A DNA stretch of 64,000 bases from Azolla caroliniana (taxonomy: Eukaryota; Plantae; Polypodiophyta): positions 20,708,001 through 20,772,000 of the forward strand of contig JBHGNT010000013.1 of NCBI GenBank assembly GCA_043228905.1, given 5' to 3'. The notes beneath the pieces were generated by a model, which saw only the letters and a list, made by a program, of their open reading frames with translations, made no database searches and had not been told where the DNA came from. Positions within the stretch are counted from its first letter, which is position 1, and every line of letters starts with the position of its first letter. Below are positions 27,750 to 40,414 of the stretch, in pieces. Both the position numbers and the translations under genes were made by a program.

Positions 27750-28030
27750 TAGAAGGTAATTAGCCCAACATATAATATGCCCACTACCCAAGTTATTTTC
27801 ACTAAGAATGGGAAATGGGCCAAATTCACCCGTTGATACCTTTGCCGATCTCGAGATTGTTAAAAGAGTCTTCACGTAGCACCTCGAGATATATACAACT
27901 TCAATGCTTCTCATTTTGTATTGATCCAAAACTTGCCAATGATGATTCCAAAACACATTCTCCGAAATGATGACCAAAGTTTCTTTTGTCCCATCCAACT
28001 TCAATGAGTGGTCGAGGTTGATCATCATGC
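27750..28030 (-). mobile_element. Degenerate L1-type LINE reverse transcriptase fragment
   Basis: WQVLDQ...RCYVKTLL...STGEFGPFPILS weakly resembles the L1 RT region between DFEKAFD and RQG. Confidence 0.35.
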
Positions 28031-29063
28031 TTTAACAATGAATGTTCCAAAACTCATAGAAACATGTTTGCACTCCTACACGTGGACGCCTTTAGAAGGC
28101 ATTGAGAATCATCCTTAGTTTATTTGATTGGAACTAATAAATGTGTGTTGCCACTATCTTTTAATTATACCTGATTAACTTGTTTAGTCTAGCCATTCCC
28201 TTATGTGTGATTTGTCACTTGTTTGAGCACCCCAATTGGAAATGAACGACAAACATTTGATTGTAGTTAATGATACAATTATTATGGGAAACCCATAGCA
28301 ATGATATATAGTAATACACTATAATATGTACAAAATTTGGTTCTTAATACACTATCAAGCCTATAGTCTTTTTATGACTTGCCACATTGTCTTACATACA
28401 AATAATTTTGGTCACATCGCAATGTGCCACGTCCTGAAAAGCACTTGTAGTGTGAATAAATAAAAGAGTATAAATTTTAGGTGTGCAAATAAATGGCATC
28501 CACATACCTAATTCCCTTTCAGCAAGGAAACATATGACTATGAAGGATTTTTTAACCATCTACCTTTCCAGCCCTTCAATTGCCTTGGATTACTTTTACC
28601 TTCGAACAGAAGTTAAAATGTGTCATCTTATATATATGGAGGCCATTGTTTGATAAACCTTGATAATTTAAAATAATTCACTTCGATTAAAAAAACAATC
28701 TCATTGGTCTTTGTTTAATATATGGCCTTCAAACAGAATAGATATCCCATCATGTATTAATATAGATCCTATCACATTTAAAACACTTGCATGTAAAGAA
28801 CAAGAAAGTGGCTTATTTCATAACGTGGGTAATATAAAATAATTCACCCTTATTCATAAGGCAATTTCATCTATCTTTATTTATTTTGTTTTTAGACATA
28901 ATAGGTATCCCATCTTGGATTAATGTAGACCCTATCATTTAATGAACTCACATGTAAAGAACTAGAAAGAAGTTTTATCGAGGATTATTAAGTGATGCAC
29001 TAGAGGTAATTTGAAAATATCTTTGTCTAGTGTGTGTGTATGTAATAGAGAGAGAGAGGGAGA

Positions 29064-29222
29064 GCCCAAAGAGGGGGTCATGGGTTCAACCCCGACATTC
29101 CACAATGGCATCTAGTAAATTAAGAGATATATATGGAGTAATAGAGAGATGAGAAATTGGGTTTCGATACCCAAGACATAATGCTAATAGTGTAACAACT
29201 TACCACTATGGTAAGCTAATTA
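29064..29222. repeat. tRNA-derived convergent dimer repeat, copy A (5'-truncated)
   Basis: Aligns with 33198-33367. It has a B-box-like GGTTCAACCC on + and GGGTATCGAAACCC on -. Confidence 0.6.
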
Positions 29223-29244
29223 CAATAAAGAAAGATATAGATAG

Positions 29245-32200
29245 ATAGATAGATTATATTATCGTCTTTGGAGGTCAGATATGATCTATAAGAGCAAAAA
29301 AATTACATTTCACGTTATACGTGTGAAAGTGAGTAGCGACTCTCAAGTCTCGATGTTCAAGAACTTTAGTAATGATTCATGAATGTTGCAACCGAGAGTG
29401 CACATTGTGGTTGTGAGAGAAATTCGTGCAAGGATTGGGCTTGGTCGAAGACGTGTAGAAAGCATGGTCGAATATGATCAAAGGCACAACATTGTATCAA
29501 AGTGTGATAGTCAAACTCAAACTTGTTTAGGGCAAAGTGTGCATAGTCGACCACTCTCATCACTTGTGCCCCACTACCCCATCTCACATCGCAATGTATG
29601 TGAGCTAAATTGCATGGAAGCAATGGTTCGAATAGAAGCCAACAAAATGGGCTCTAACATGTATCAATGTGTACGATTTCCCCGTTCCGCGAAGATTGTA
29701 GTTAGGTGCAACATGTGTAGTATAATTTATGAAGCGTGAGCCTCCACATTTTTCCCCTGTCATGATACATTGGTGTTGCAAAAAGGCCTCATTTATAGAG
29801 GAATCTAGTGATGCATCATGAAGCAAAGGTGTTGCATCCCATTTATTGAACAACTTTTTCATATCTTGTATCCAACCGGAACACAAAATTTTGTTTTTAT
29901 GCGTCTTTTGGATCTTTTTGCTTCCTTCACATGCAATTTTAGGAAGTTGATGTGAGGGACTTTTTTGAACCTTACGCATATATTCAACAACCCTTTCCAT
30001 GGCCAAGATCTCAATGGGAAGTGATCTCGTCTAAAGGAGGAGGATGTATGGCATTTGTTTCTTAACTTGTAGAAACTTTGTAAAAACAAGTTTTTGGACA
30101 TTTTCAAACTCTTTCCAAGTAGATTTAGGGATACTACCAACCCATTGAGAAGAACTGGTGTCACCAAAGTGTCGAAAAGATATTTCTTGAGGACCCAACA
30201 CTTAATATCTCCATGATTGCATGTGTTCTCAAATACATATTAATATGCTCGCTTTCCCCCCTCTAAGCGGTGTGTGACACATTCATTCCATCTATGATTT
30301 GAAAGAACTTTACAACCAAGATATTTGAAGCTTTCCACACAATCAAGTGACTCATTATTGTACATAATGCATGACTTATCTTCTTTTTTTTCTCTTCACA
30401 AGCATAAACTTTGTTTTAGAGCTATTAACACTTAATTTCGTATGCATGCAACATTTTTCCAATGCTTGCATAAGTTTTTGCACATCTCCTAAAGTATTTG
30501 CAAAAAGCACTACATCATCCACATATAGCAAAAGCATAATGACACCGTTCCCAATTGTAACTTCTTCAACACCTTCTTCCTTTACAAACTTGGCAACCAT
30601 TTCGTCCAATTCATCAATGCATTGAGCAAATAGAGTTGGTGAGAGTGGGGCATCTTTGCTTCACACCAATAGTGCAATCGAAAAAATCTGAAAGTTTATT
30701 GCTCATACTCACACAAGATATAACCTTCTCATATATTCGAGAGATTGCAAGCATATATTCACTTGGCACCTTGAGTTCTTCCATTTGCCTCCAAAGATGG
30801 TCACAAGTTACCATGTCAAAAGCTTTCCTAAAGTTTATGAAGGAGCAATATAAACCTTTACCTCCCGGGGGACTTTCCTTCATTAATGCTCGAAGGGTGA
30901 TAAGGTGATCAATGTGCTATGGTGTTTTTGAAAGCCAGCTTGTCCATAAGTTCTCTTACCATTTTTTCAAGCCCATGCACTTATCTTTGATTCCATTATA
31001 CATCCAAATAGTTTTGTCATTAACGAGCCAACCATGATGGTTTGATAGTTGTTTACTTTATTTACATCTCCACCTTTATGTAAAGGTTTGATCAAATTTG
31101 TAGTCTAATCATAATAATGGCATACCATGTTGTTGTCATGATATGGCATGGTAAAAAAGATGTGAACCCATAACCTTGTGCTACATGGGTTAAACCCTTA
31201 CCATTAAACTATGCATTGTAATATAAAAACTTAAGTACGTAGGCGCTCACTTAAGGTTCATCCTCAAGTGGGGTTGTTTATGATCTTGAATGGCCTTCTC
31301 ACAATCAAACCTATGCATAAATTTGAGGTCAATACATAAAGCTCTATGATCGGATTCCGGTGTCCATCACCAAGTCAGAACTTATGTATACGATCCAAAA
31401 TACCTTCAGAAAGTAGCACATAGTCAATTACACTAATGCCATGGTGTTTTCTACATGTAAAACCATTAGTGTTGGGCCATAAGGGGACACCATTTGCAAT
31501 AAGCAATTCGATACTATTGCACATTTGTAGGAGTAACTTCCCAAATTGATCCAGATCTTTTTTCATTGCTAGAAGATAGGCTATACATTTGTATACCCTC
31601 TTATATCCTTGAGATATGTGGCGTAAAAGATTGTTGTGCATCAAGCTGGAAACTTCTTGTACGGGCATTCATGTCACCAAAGACAATAACTTCCCATTTG
31701 GATTTGAAATAAGCAACATCTTCTTCTAGATTGGCTAAATGTTGATGTTTATCCAAACAAGCATAAAACTTAGAATCTTGAAGAGGAATGTAATATCCAA
31801 CTACAAAAGTGGGCAAATCATTAGGTGTGTCTATTTTGAGCCATATGTAACATTTATATTCATCACTTTTTATGATTAACACATATTTCTCTATTTCCGT
31901 CTTAATCAAACATGCTACCCCTCCTTGTCCTCTTCTTTGTCTTGGATTTTTCTCCTGTATCAAAGAGTGTACATTATAGTTTCCTAAATGTTGATTCCTT
32001 TGAGTATCATGCTCCCATGTTTCAACAAGAAGTGTGATATCCGAGTCATCAGTGAACTCCTCTATGCCAAATCCCGCATTCCATGGGTATCCATTGCAAT
32101 TCCAAAAACATAATCGTAAAAGATGTGGGTTAGTCTCATAGATCACGTGTCCCGATTTGCCTACATTTCCATCTTTGGGCACATCCATAACCTTATTTTT

Positions 32201-33145
32201 CAATCTTTCTTTATATGCATTATAACGGGCATTTTGTTGTGAGATAGTATGATCTTCACTCACAAAGCATTGCGTACCTTTGAGGTATACCCAACTATTT
32301 TCAAGTATGATCTGCTGCTTTGTATTATCCGTCATTGTGCATACAATAGGCCTTTCTCCGGAGCGAGCAACACCATGTTTCCCAACTCTGAGTGCCCCAT
32401 ATACATTCACATCCGACATACCATAATGCATGCTCAAGAATTCACCACTGGCCTTTCTGAGGGATGTGGGTGTTTCCACACTCTCCTCTTTAATCCCTCA
32501 TATGACAATGTTCTTTGATTCTCGTTCACGTTCTTTCAATTCTCAAGCATGCTTTCTTCTCTCGATTCATCACATGCATAATAGATGAGTTTGATACCAC
32601 ATCTCCACCACATACATCGGCCCATGACTTCATTGGGCATACATTTTTCATCTCACTTATTTCTCGCCACATCATATCCATTTCTTCTTCTTTTAGTGCT
32701 TCCTTTAACTCAATCTTATTGAGGCGCTCATTTGTTTCGAAAGAAGCTCTTTTACATACTTGAATCTCTTCTTCAAGTTTGGTAACCATTTTTTAAGGCC
32801 TTCATTCTTAATGACAACTGTTTGAAGCCTAGTGTTCTCTTTCATTAGTATACTAATCTCTTCACCTTGCTTGTTTATGGTTTCTTGAAGAAAAATCAAG
32901 CGACTCATAATCATTTTGTCCATTGTGACTGAGTATTGCATTGACCTCAAGAATCGTTGGTGATCTTGGCTCATTATCGATCATACTCCCGCTTTTTCTA
33001 GCCGTCTGGAACTTGTTAGCTTTAATTGATTATAGAACTAATATTCTTAAATCATATCATAGATCTTGTTGTGATCTTCGATTCAAGCCATAGCTTGTCA
33101 AAATCGGACCTTGTATGACAAAGTAATGGCTAAAATAAACTTGAA
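29245..33145 (-). mobile_element. Degenerate non-LTR retrotransposon (LINE, RTEX/L2/CR1-like rather than plant L1): ORF1-like domain, APE endonuclease, RT
   Basis: Coiled-coil ORF fragments at 32974-32526. RPIVCTM...LKGTQCFVSED is followed by the APE motifs CFWNCNG, LVETW, GGVACL, VFGDMNAR and SVIDY. RT motifs are FINFRKAFDMV, GVKQRCP, LLYVDDVVL. The C-terminus has HTLIQCCAFDHIR and a (TATC)n-like tail near 29245. Many stops and frameshifts are present, plus an interruption at ~31110-31320. Confidence 0.85.
31134..31222 (+). mobile_element. Fragment of the 5' end of the gypsy LTR family seen at 57701-58109, lying inside the LINE
   Basis: TGTCATGATATGGCA...GAACCCATAACCTTGTGCTACATGGGT...CCAT...ATTGTAAT matches the reverse complement of 58029-58109. 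Confidence 0.7.
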
Positions 33146-33170
33146 GATATATATATATATATATACCAAG

Positions 33171-33367
33171 TGGTGGATGTAGCTCCCTTGGTAAGGTTGC
33201 CCAATGGAGACCAGGTGGTCATGGGTTCAACCCCTACATTTAACAGTGGCATTTAGTGAATTAAGAGATATATAAGAAGTATATAATAGAGAGGTGAGGA
33301 AGTTGGGTTCCGAACCCAGAACTCAATGCTTGTAGTGCTAACAACTTACGACTAGTGTAAGGTAATT
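33171..33367. repeat. tRNA-derived convergent dimer repeat, copy B (SINE-like)
   Basis: GTGGATG-TAGCTCCCTTGGTAAG (A-box-like)...GGTCATGGGTTCAACCCC (B-box-like) on +, then a second tRNA-like unit on -. Flanked by (TA)n and (GA)n(GT)n. Confidence 0.6.
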
Positions 33368-33499
33368 ATGAGAGAGAGAGAGAGAGAGTGTGTGTGTGTG
33401 TGTGTGACCACACTCAATTGTGGCACTATTGTTGTGTCTTTCACATGCATTTATTAATATAGTTTCGTGAAAAAATTTCACAGAGAGAGAGAGAGCATC

Positions 33500-35150
33500 T
33501 TAACAAACAACAATTGGGTAATTATGAGCAAGCTTAAATTTACAAGATGTAGAATGAAATAGATGACAATAATTCTTATCAATCTTATGCAAGATCTAAT
33601 GCAAAAAATGAATTGAGGAACACAAGAGGATCCTCAATTCATAATGAAAAAGTGTGATGGATAGTTTACACAACAACCATCCTATAACTTTCCATGTTAG
33701 GCATGTGTTTGATATGTTTCTTGCCTTGATGTGAGGATGCGTACCCTAAGAGACAACCAAAAGTCACAAGCCAGATTTACAGGGGATGAGGTGGAAGAAT
33801 TGATAATACATTTGCTAAATGATAAAATTCTAGGTTGGGATGAACTTACAAATGATTTCTTTAACGTGTACATATATCCAAGAGATATAGGGATCAATCA
33901 TGATGATGTTTCAGAAAGTTTGGAACTCAAGAGTAGTGCCTTGATCTGGAAGATTCTACTAATAAACTCTATGTTCCCTCTCCAACATCATTTGCTCGCT
34001 AGTGGCTGATGTTTGTAATGGGTAGAGTATATTAGATATTTATCAAGGTTGATGCTAGTAGGTTATAAGAGTTCATGCTTATGATGTTCAAAAACTCCAA
34101 CATGGTTTGTTTTTTTCTTGAAGAGAGATCGTAAACAATATTCTTCATGCATACAAGACTAGTCAGGGGCATGCCTATGAGACTAACCAAGAATTGGTTA
34201 TGCTATACTTAGATCTTGGGAAAGTGTAAGATAGTGTGAATTAGTAAATCCCAACATGTGCTTATTTTTGAAAGGGAGATGCTACAAAATATTCTTACTA
34301 TATGCCCAACTAGGGACTATGCCAAGGAGACAAACTAAGAATTGATTATGGTAGAGACATGATGTCTCACATGGGCTTTGGTGAATGTTGAGGTTAATAT
34401 GTATATCGCATATCATTCTTAATGGTGGAGTTACCCAACCCATTTCACTTTAGAAGGCCATCACACATTCAATATTAGTAACGGTTTCGATATTGGTAAC
34501 ATTACACAATAGGCTAGAGATGGAGAGTTAGTGAACCTTTCCTTATCATCATGCAATTCTATCATTGCACAAACATTAGTAGATGGCCATATTTTGTTTT
34601 TGGGAGCCTCAATAGATAACATTACAAAGGCAATTCAAGTGTGGGAATCATATGTGATACCCATTCCCATTGTTATGTACACAATTTACAAATATACACA
34701 ATTTGTTTCTCATTTCAAGTATGGAAAGACATTTGGAGTTCTTGGTTCGCTAGGGAAAATAGCTCAACGCAATATGATTTGTCGTTGTCTAGCTTATCCT
34801 ATTGGCAACAATGTGTAATAATGGGAAATTATTAGAGTGGATATCCCAATGCATTTTTGTATTAGAAAACACAAGCTTGGTAGTTTGATGTCAGACTACA
34901 TGTAGTTCAGTTAATTCTGGCACCTATAATATCATAATTTTTACCATAGCCAAAAGTGGCTATTGAAAATGTAGCCATCGTGGAAGATGAAGGAAAAAAT
35001 GGGCGTTGTTGGGTGGCTCAAAAAAATTGGCCCATTGGCTAGGTTTGGTTATTATAAGGAATGTCATAATAGAATCCCAACGAAGAATCGTGGCATTTCA
35101 AACAACTAAGAAAAGGGTTTAAATCACTCCCAATGATCGAGATATATGGC
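33500..35150 (+). mobile_element. Highly decayed L1-type LINE ORF2 remnant
   Basis: EVEELIIHLLNDKILGWDELTNDFF resembles the KxPGxDG...FF region. A DLGKV*DSV remnant resembles DxEKAYD. Many stops; boundaries are approximate. Confidence 0.55.
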
Positions 35151-35859
35151 CTTGGTTACAAGCACGACATATTTGGTAACTCGCAATTCCAAATTTGATT
35201 GGGGATAAGATTGAAATAGATGGTTATTTGGAGTCTCATAAATGCTTACCTAATGTTACATCAAACTATGTGTTCCACCATCTTATTCAAGCACATGACA
35301 TGAACGGTAAATTAGATTACAAAGAATGGGCCATCAAGAGGTCCAATAGTTGATGGCACGGGGTGATGCTATTTGGATGGAAGTCTTGTAGGGGAGTACC
35401 TCTAAGAGTTTATTTGTGATGAAGGAATGTTGCTTCGGACATATGTTGTGGAGGAACCATAAGTAAATCACTAATAAATGATCATAATTCTACTTCTAAT
35501 GTACATATAATAATAATAATTATCATAATAGATAACTAGTTAAGTGCATAATTGCAATCATTATAAATTAACTCTAGATGTATACAAAATAAAAAGAAAT
35601 GAATGTCACTTTGGGTGTAATTTGTATATAGTTGTGTAGGAACCATGAGTAAATAACTACTAAATAATCATAACCCTACTACAAGGCTCATACTCTTGCG
35701 CTCCTTATATATATATATATATATATATAATAATTATCACAATGGACACCTATTTAAGTACATAATTGCAATTCTATATATAAAGAAGCTAACTGTAGAT
35801 ATATACACATAAATAGGTTATCATCCACCCCGAAATAGTAACTCACCATACTCGCACCA

Positions 35860-37110
35860 TTGCAATAAACATTATTGGTACCATTGCACATTTTTAGGAG
35901 TAACTTTGAAATACTAACCCGGACCTTTTTTATCCATATAATAGACTCAATTTTACATGTATGTGTATATCCTCTTGCATCCTTGAGATATGTGGTTGCA
36001 TGGAAGATTGTTGTGCATCAAGTTGCAAACTTCTTGTATGAGCAGTCATGTCACGAATGACATTAACTTCCCTCTTACCTTTGAAACAAGCATTATTGTC
36101 TTCTAGATGGAAGGTTGATCTCTATCTAAACAAGCATAAAGTTAGAATCTTGATGAAGAATGTAGCATCCAAACTACAAAAAGTGGACATGTCATTTGGT
36201 GTATCTATTTTAAGCTATATAAAGCATTTATGCTTATCATTTTTTATGGTCAACATATATTTCTTCAACTTCCTCTTAGTAAATCATGTCACCCTTCTTG
36301 TCATATTCATTGCTTGGACCTTTCAACATTGTAGTTGCCCAAACCTTGAAACCATCGAGTATCATGCTCTCTAAGTTACAATTCCTCTATGTGAAATCCT
36401 CATTTTATGGGTATTTTTTGCAATTCCAAAACATTGTCCCACTGGAGTATCATGCTCTCTAAGTTACAATTCCTCTATGTGAAATCCTCATTTTATGGGT
36501 ATTTTTTGCAATTCCAAAACATTGTCCCACTGGAGTATCATGCTCTCTAAGTTACAATTCCTCTATGTGAAATCCTCATTTTATGGGTATTTTTTGCAAT
36601 TCCAAAACATTGTCCCACTGGAGTATCATACTCTCTAAGTTACAATTCCTCTATGTGAAATCCTCATTTTATGGGTATTTTTTGCAATTCCAAAACATTG
36701 TCCCACTGGCCTCTGTGCCTAATTGCTTAATTTTCCATCTTTGGGCACATCCTTAACTTAATTTTTTTCCCCCCCAAAATGCATTGTGTTGTGAAATGGC
36801 ATGGTGTTCACTCAGAAAGCATTGTGTATACTTGAGGCATGCTCAATAATTTTCGAGTATGATCTCCTCTTTGCTTCATTGATCATTATGCATATAATAG
36901 TCATTTCTTCAAAACAAGCTACACCTTGTTTTCCAACTCAGCATACCCCATAAATATTCCCATTTGACAAGCCATCATGCCTATTATAGAATTATTTGAT
37001 GACCTCTCCAAGGGATGCAGGTGTTTCCATACTCTCCTCTTTGATTCCACGAAAAATAATGTTAATGTTCTTTGATCTACATTCATATTATTTCGAATCT
37101 TAACATCTAA
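35860..37110 (-). mobile_element. Second, more decayed copy of the RTEX/L2-like LINE (ORF1-like domain plus endonuclease)
   Basis: Nucleotide similarity to 31500-32550. Examples are gattgttgtgcatcaagttgcaaacttcttgta, ttccatctttgggcacatcc and gtgtttccatactctcctcttt. Confidence 0.75.
36357..36708. repeat. 4 x 88-bp near-perfect tandem repeat
   Basis: Units start at 36357, 36445, 36533 and 36621. One substitution was seen, in copy 4. Confidence 0.95.
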
Positions 37111-37935
37111 AGATTGCACATTCTTTCATTGGTTTATCAAATCCATAATAGGTAAGCTAGGCTTTATCACCTAGTAAAGTTCAACCCCTATTTCTAAAGG
37201 GACTCCATTCATGTTAGTGCCCCACTTTCATGATTCCATATTTCCCCATGTTTCTTCAAATATGGAGCGTTAAAACTCTTGTAGTATCAAAATGTGTGAC
37301 CACATGTTTCCTCTAATGATGGTCTTCTTCACAATATAAACTAGGGCCTTATGAGACAAAGAAACTCAATGGCCAACAAGTAGTATCAAGACTTCAATGA
37401 TACAATGATCATTCAAGAACTCATGATGTACCATTGTTTCTATTTGCATTCGCTAGAATCCAACATGAGGATGTTCTTCGGCATTTCCATCCTTTGCATT
37501 CATGGAGGAACTAGATGATGAAAATATATCTTCCACCCACTTGTAAAGCCCTTACAACTCTTGAGATAGAAAAAAAGCTACTTATGTATGTGACACACAT
37601 GTCACACACAATAACCTTAGCAATTTGGTGGTTATTAGCAAAAATAATGTAGTGAATCCCTCTCTATTGGGCTATGTGAAGGAAAACACATTAAAACGTT
37701 ATTGGGGGCCTTCAAAGCTTTGAGTTTCCGTGATATTGCTACCAACATAACACTAGTTTTTATGTTAATAAAGATGTGAATTACCTTATGGGCATGAAGT
37801 GCATAGTGTGATCAAGAAAGAGAAAAGGGGTTTTGTGAAGTGGTTGGATTCAGAGATTGAAATGATTATGGTTCACCCAAAACCGGAACCACAACCAACA
37901 TGTTATAGAACATCAACCATCAAAAGTTTGACGGT

Positions 37936-38110
37936 GATTAAGCCTCATTACCATAATGGAATATACATCAATGCTCTAGAATTAAGCTTTGTTACCACAA
38001 TTGAGTATACATAATCCTCTAAGATTAAGCCTCATTACCACAATTGAATATACATAAATGCTCTAGAATTAAGCCTCATTACCACAATTGAGTATACATA
38101 ATTCTCTAAG
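37936..38110. repeat. Degenerate tandem repeats (attaagcctcattacca...) in the kinase 3' region
   Basis: Repeated blocks attaagcctcattaccacaattga.tatacataa / atgctctagaattaagc. Confidence 0.7.
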
Positions 38111-38250
38111 CTCAACAAAAAAGAATGTACACCAAGATGCCCAACCCAAGGAAACAACAAAAACAAAGACTTTCCAAAGTCATTGTGGGATGGGACAATG
38201 TCCCCGCCCTTGGACCCGGAAATTCAAGATTCTCGCGGGCAATCTCACCG

Positions 38251-40414
38251 TCAAAAGAACTCGAATTCCGGCGTTGCTGCCCTGCCACCATTCATAAAAT
38301 GTCCATTATCATAATCCATATCATCAACATCTTCATCACCACTGGTGTTGCCATTGTCATTGTCCGAATCTTCCTTCCACTTCGAATCTAGCCGATCCTC
38401 CTCCCCTAACTCATCCTCTAGCTGATCTCGATGGACTTGATCCGAACCTGCTGCCACCGCCGCCGAAAGAGTTAGGTTATGGCCATGGCCGCTCTCTTTC
38501 GCCATCACCGTCTCCGCCACTATGAAGGGGCTTGGGATCTCGGGGGGCGTGGCGCACCTGATGAGGGCCCAGTTCACCCCCCTAAAGAAGGAATGTTGCT
38601 TCACCTCCGTTGCCCCCTTCTCCGCCCCCATCCGCTTGCTGGGATCCTTCACCAAGAGTCCTCTTATCAGATCTTGGGCCTCCATGCTGGGTGTTGAATC
38701 CTCCTCCGCCTCACCCTCGTGTAGGGATCCCGATACCGATTGGACCGAGCCATTGGTATACCTATATTTGGCGGCTGCCGGGAACTTCAACAGCTGTGTC
38801 ACGACATTCGTGAGTGTGGCTTCGTTATCACTGCCCTTGAACGGTGTCCGGCTGTAGAGGAGCTCGTACAGGAAAATGCCGAGCGTCCACCAATCCACGG
38901 CCGCCCCGTGGCCTTGGCCTAAGATGATCTCGGGGGCCAGGTACTCGTGTGTCCCGACGAACGACATCGATCGGGCACCGGTCGGCTCCACGAGAAGCTC
39001 GGGCAGCGGCTCCGATGGCTCATTCCATCTCACATTATGGTTCCTGCCTCCTCCTTTCCGCGGCCGGGAGGACGGAAGTAGCCGTCGGATGGGTAGACAT
39101 GATGTGATCGGATGGATGCTACAATACGGCAGAGGAGGCATAGTGATGCACCCGAGGGGCTCCACGCAATATGAGGTAGCGGTAGACCGATTCGTGGAGC
39201 TACATAGACCTCCATTAGGTGTGGTGGCTGCCACCGCTGGCGATCCCCAGCCTTCTTGTTCTAGGTACCTGCTCGGATCGCCACTGCCACCACCACCATT
39301 GCCTCTATTCATCATATTTAGTGTCGGATTTACGGTGCACTTTAGCGAGAGATCGAAGTCGGAGAGCATGATATGGCCGTCTTCTCGCACCAGGACATTC
39401 TCCGGCTTCAGGTCTCTGTACACAACTCCCATCATGTGCAGATATTCCAGCGCCATCAACACCTCAGCTGCATAAAACCTAGAAAAAGGGCAGAACACAG
39501 CAAACAAAAGGTTGAGGTTGAGGATGAGGTATAGACAATTAACTGCATCCATTACAAGAGAACAGAAATGCTGTGCAAATTTGAGAAATCATAGGAAGCC
39601 AGAAGTGATTCCAACTGTGGGCAGGCATTTAGGTCTTAGAGGGTGGAATCATTTTTGAGGCTGAAATCTCTGAGCAAGAGCAGTACCTCACGGCGTCCTC
39701 TCGGAAACGTTTCCCGGGTTGGAGTTGCCTTAGGACATGGAGATCGCCGCCGGGGCAGAACTCCATGACAAGACACGAGTAGCGATGGTCATCGATATGG
39801 GCGTACAGCGTGGGCAGGAAGGGATGGTCGAGGGTCTCGAGGATCTCGCGCTCGGTCCTCGCCCGATGCAACTTGTTCCGCTTGCGGAGGGCATGCTTAT
39901 CCATGATTTTCATTGCAAAGTAGCAGGGGGGGGCAATGGTATTATGTCTGTCATAGCTGCTGCTGCTCCTCCTACTCCTGGAGGCACTACTGGTGCTTAC
40001 TATGCAACCATTGGAGGTCTTGCCCCCTCGTGCCCGTGCCCGTGCCCGTGCCCGCTCATGTCCGACAAGCTCGGTCAAATAGACATGGCCGATGTCGCCG
40101 CCACCGAGCCTCTGTAGGAATCGGAAGTGGTCGAGCCCAATGTAACCACAATCACTCTGACTAGGGCCTCCATCACTTCCCGTGGCGGTGGTAGTAGCCG
40201 CGGAGCGGATGGCTTCCCACGCTGCATCGTGAGCTTTGTGAGGTTTGTTGGTTATGAAGGATCTGGGCACAGCAGTACCAGATGAACCCCTGAATTCTGC
40301 AGCTTCAATGGAATCCCTAGATAGATCTACCATGTCATCGACCCCGCCATTGTCATCGGATCCATACTCGGCGGCATCCCCTGTTTCTTCTTCGGCGGCT
40401 GCAGCCGATGCCAT
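38251..40414 (-). CDS. AGCVIII Ser/Thr protein kinase (AGC1/D6PK-PINOID-like)
   Basis: Exons 40414-39687 and 39478-38251, with the intron in the conserved VR|FYAAE position. Motifs: [45 protein letters not shown], the plant-specific DFD plus an insertion, [14 protein letters not shown], and a C-terminal PIF motif FEFF. The start codon is inferred. Confidence 0.92.

Noticed and set aside
36357-36708. CRISPR-like appearance of the regular repeat
   Set aside because: The units are contiguous with no unique spacers, derive from a LINE, and sit in a eukaryotic context.
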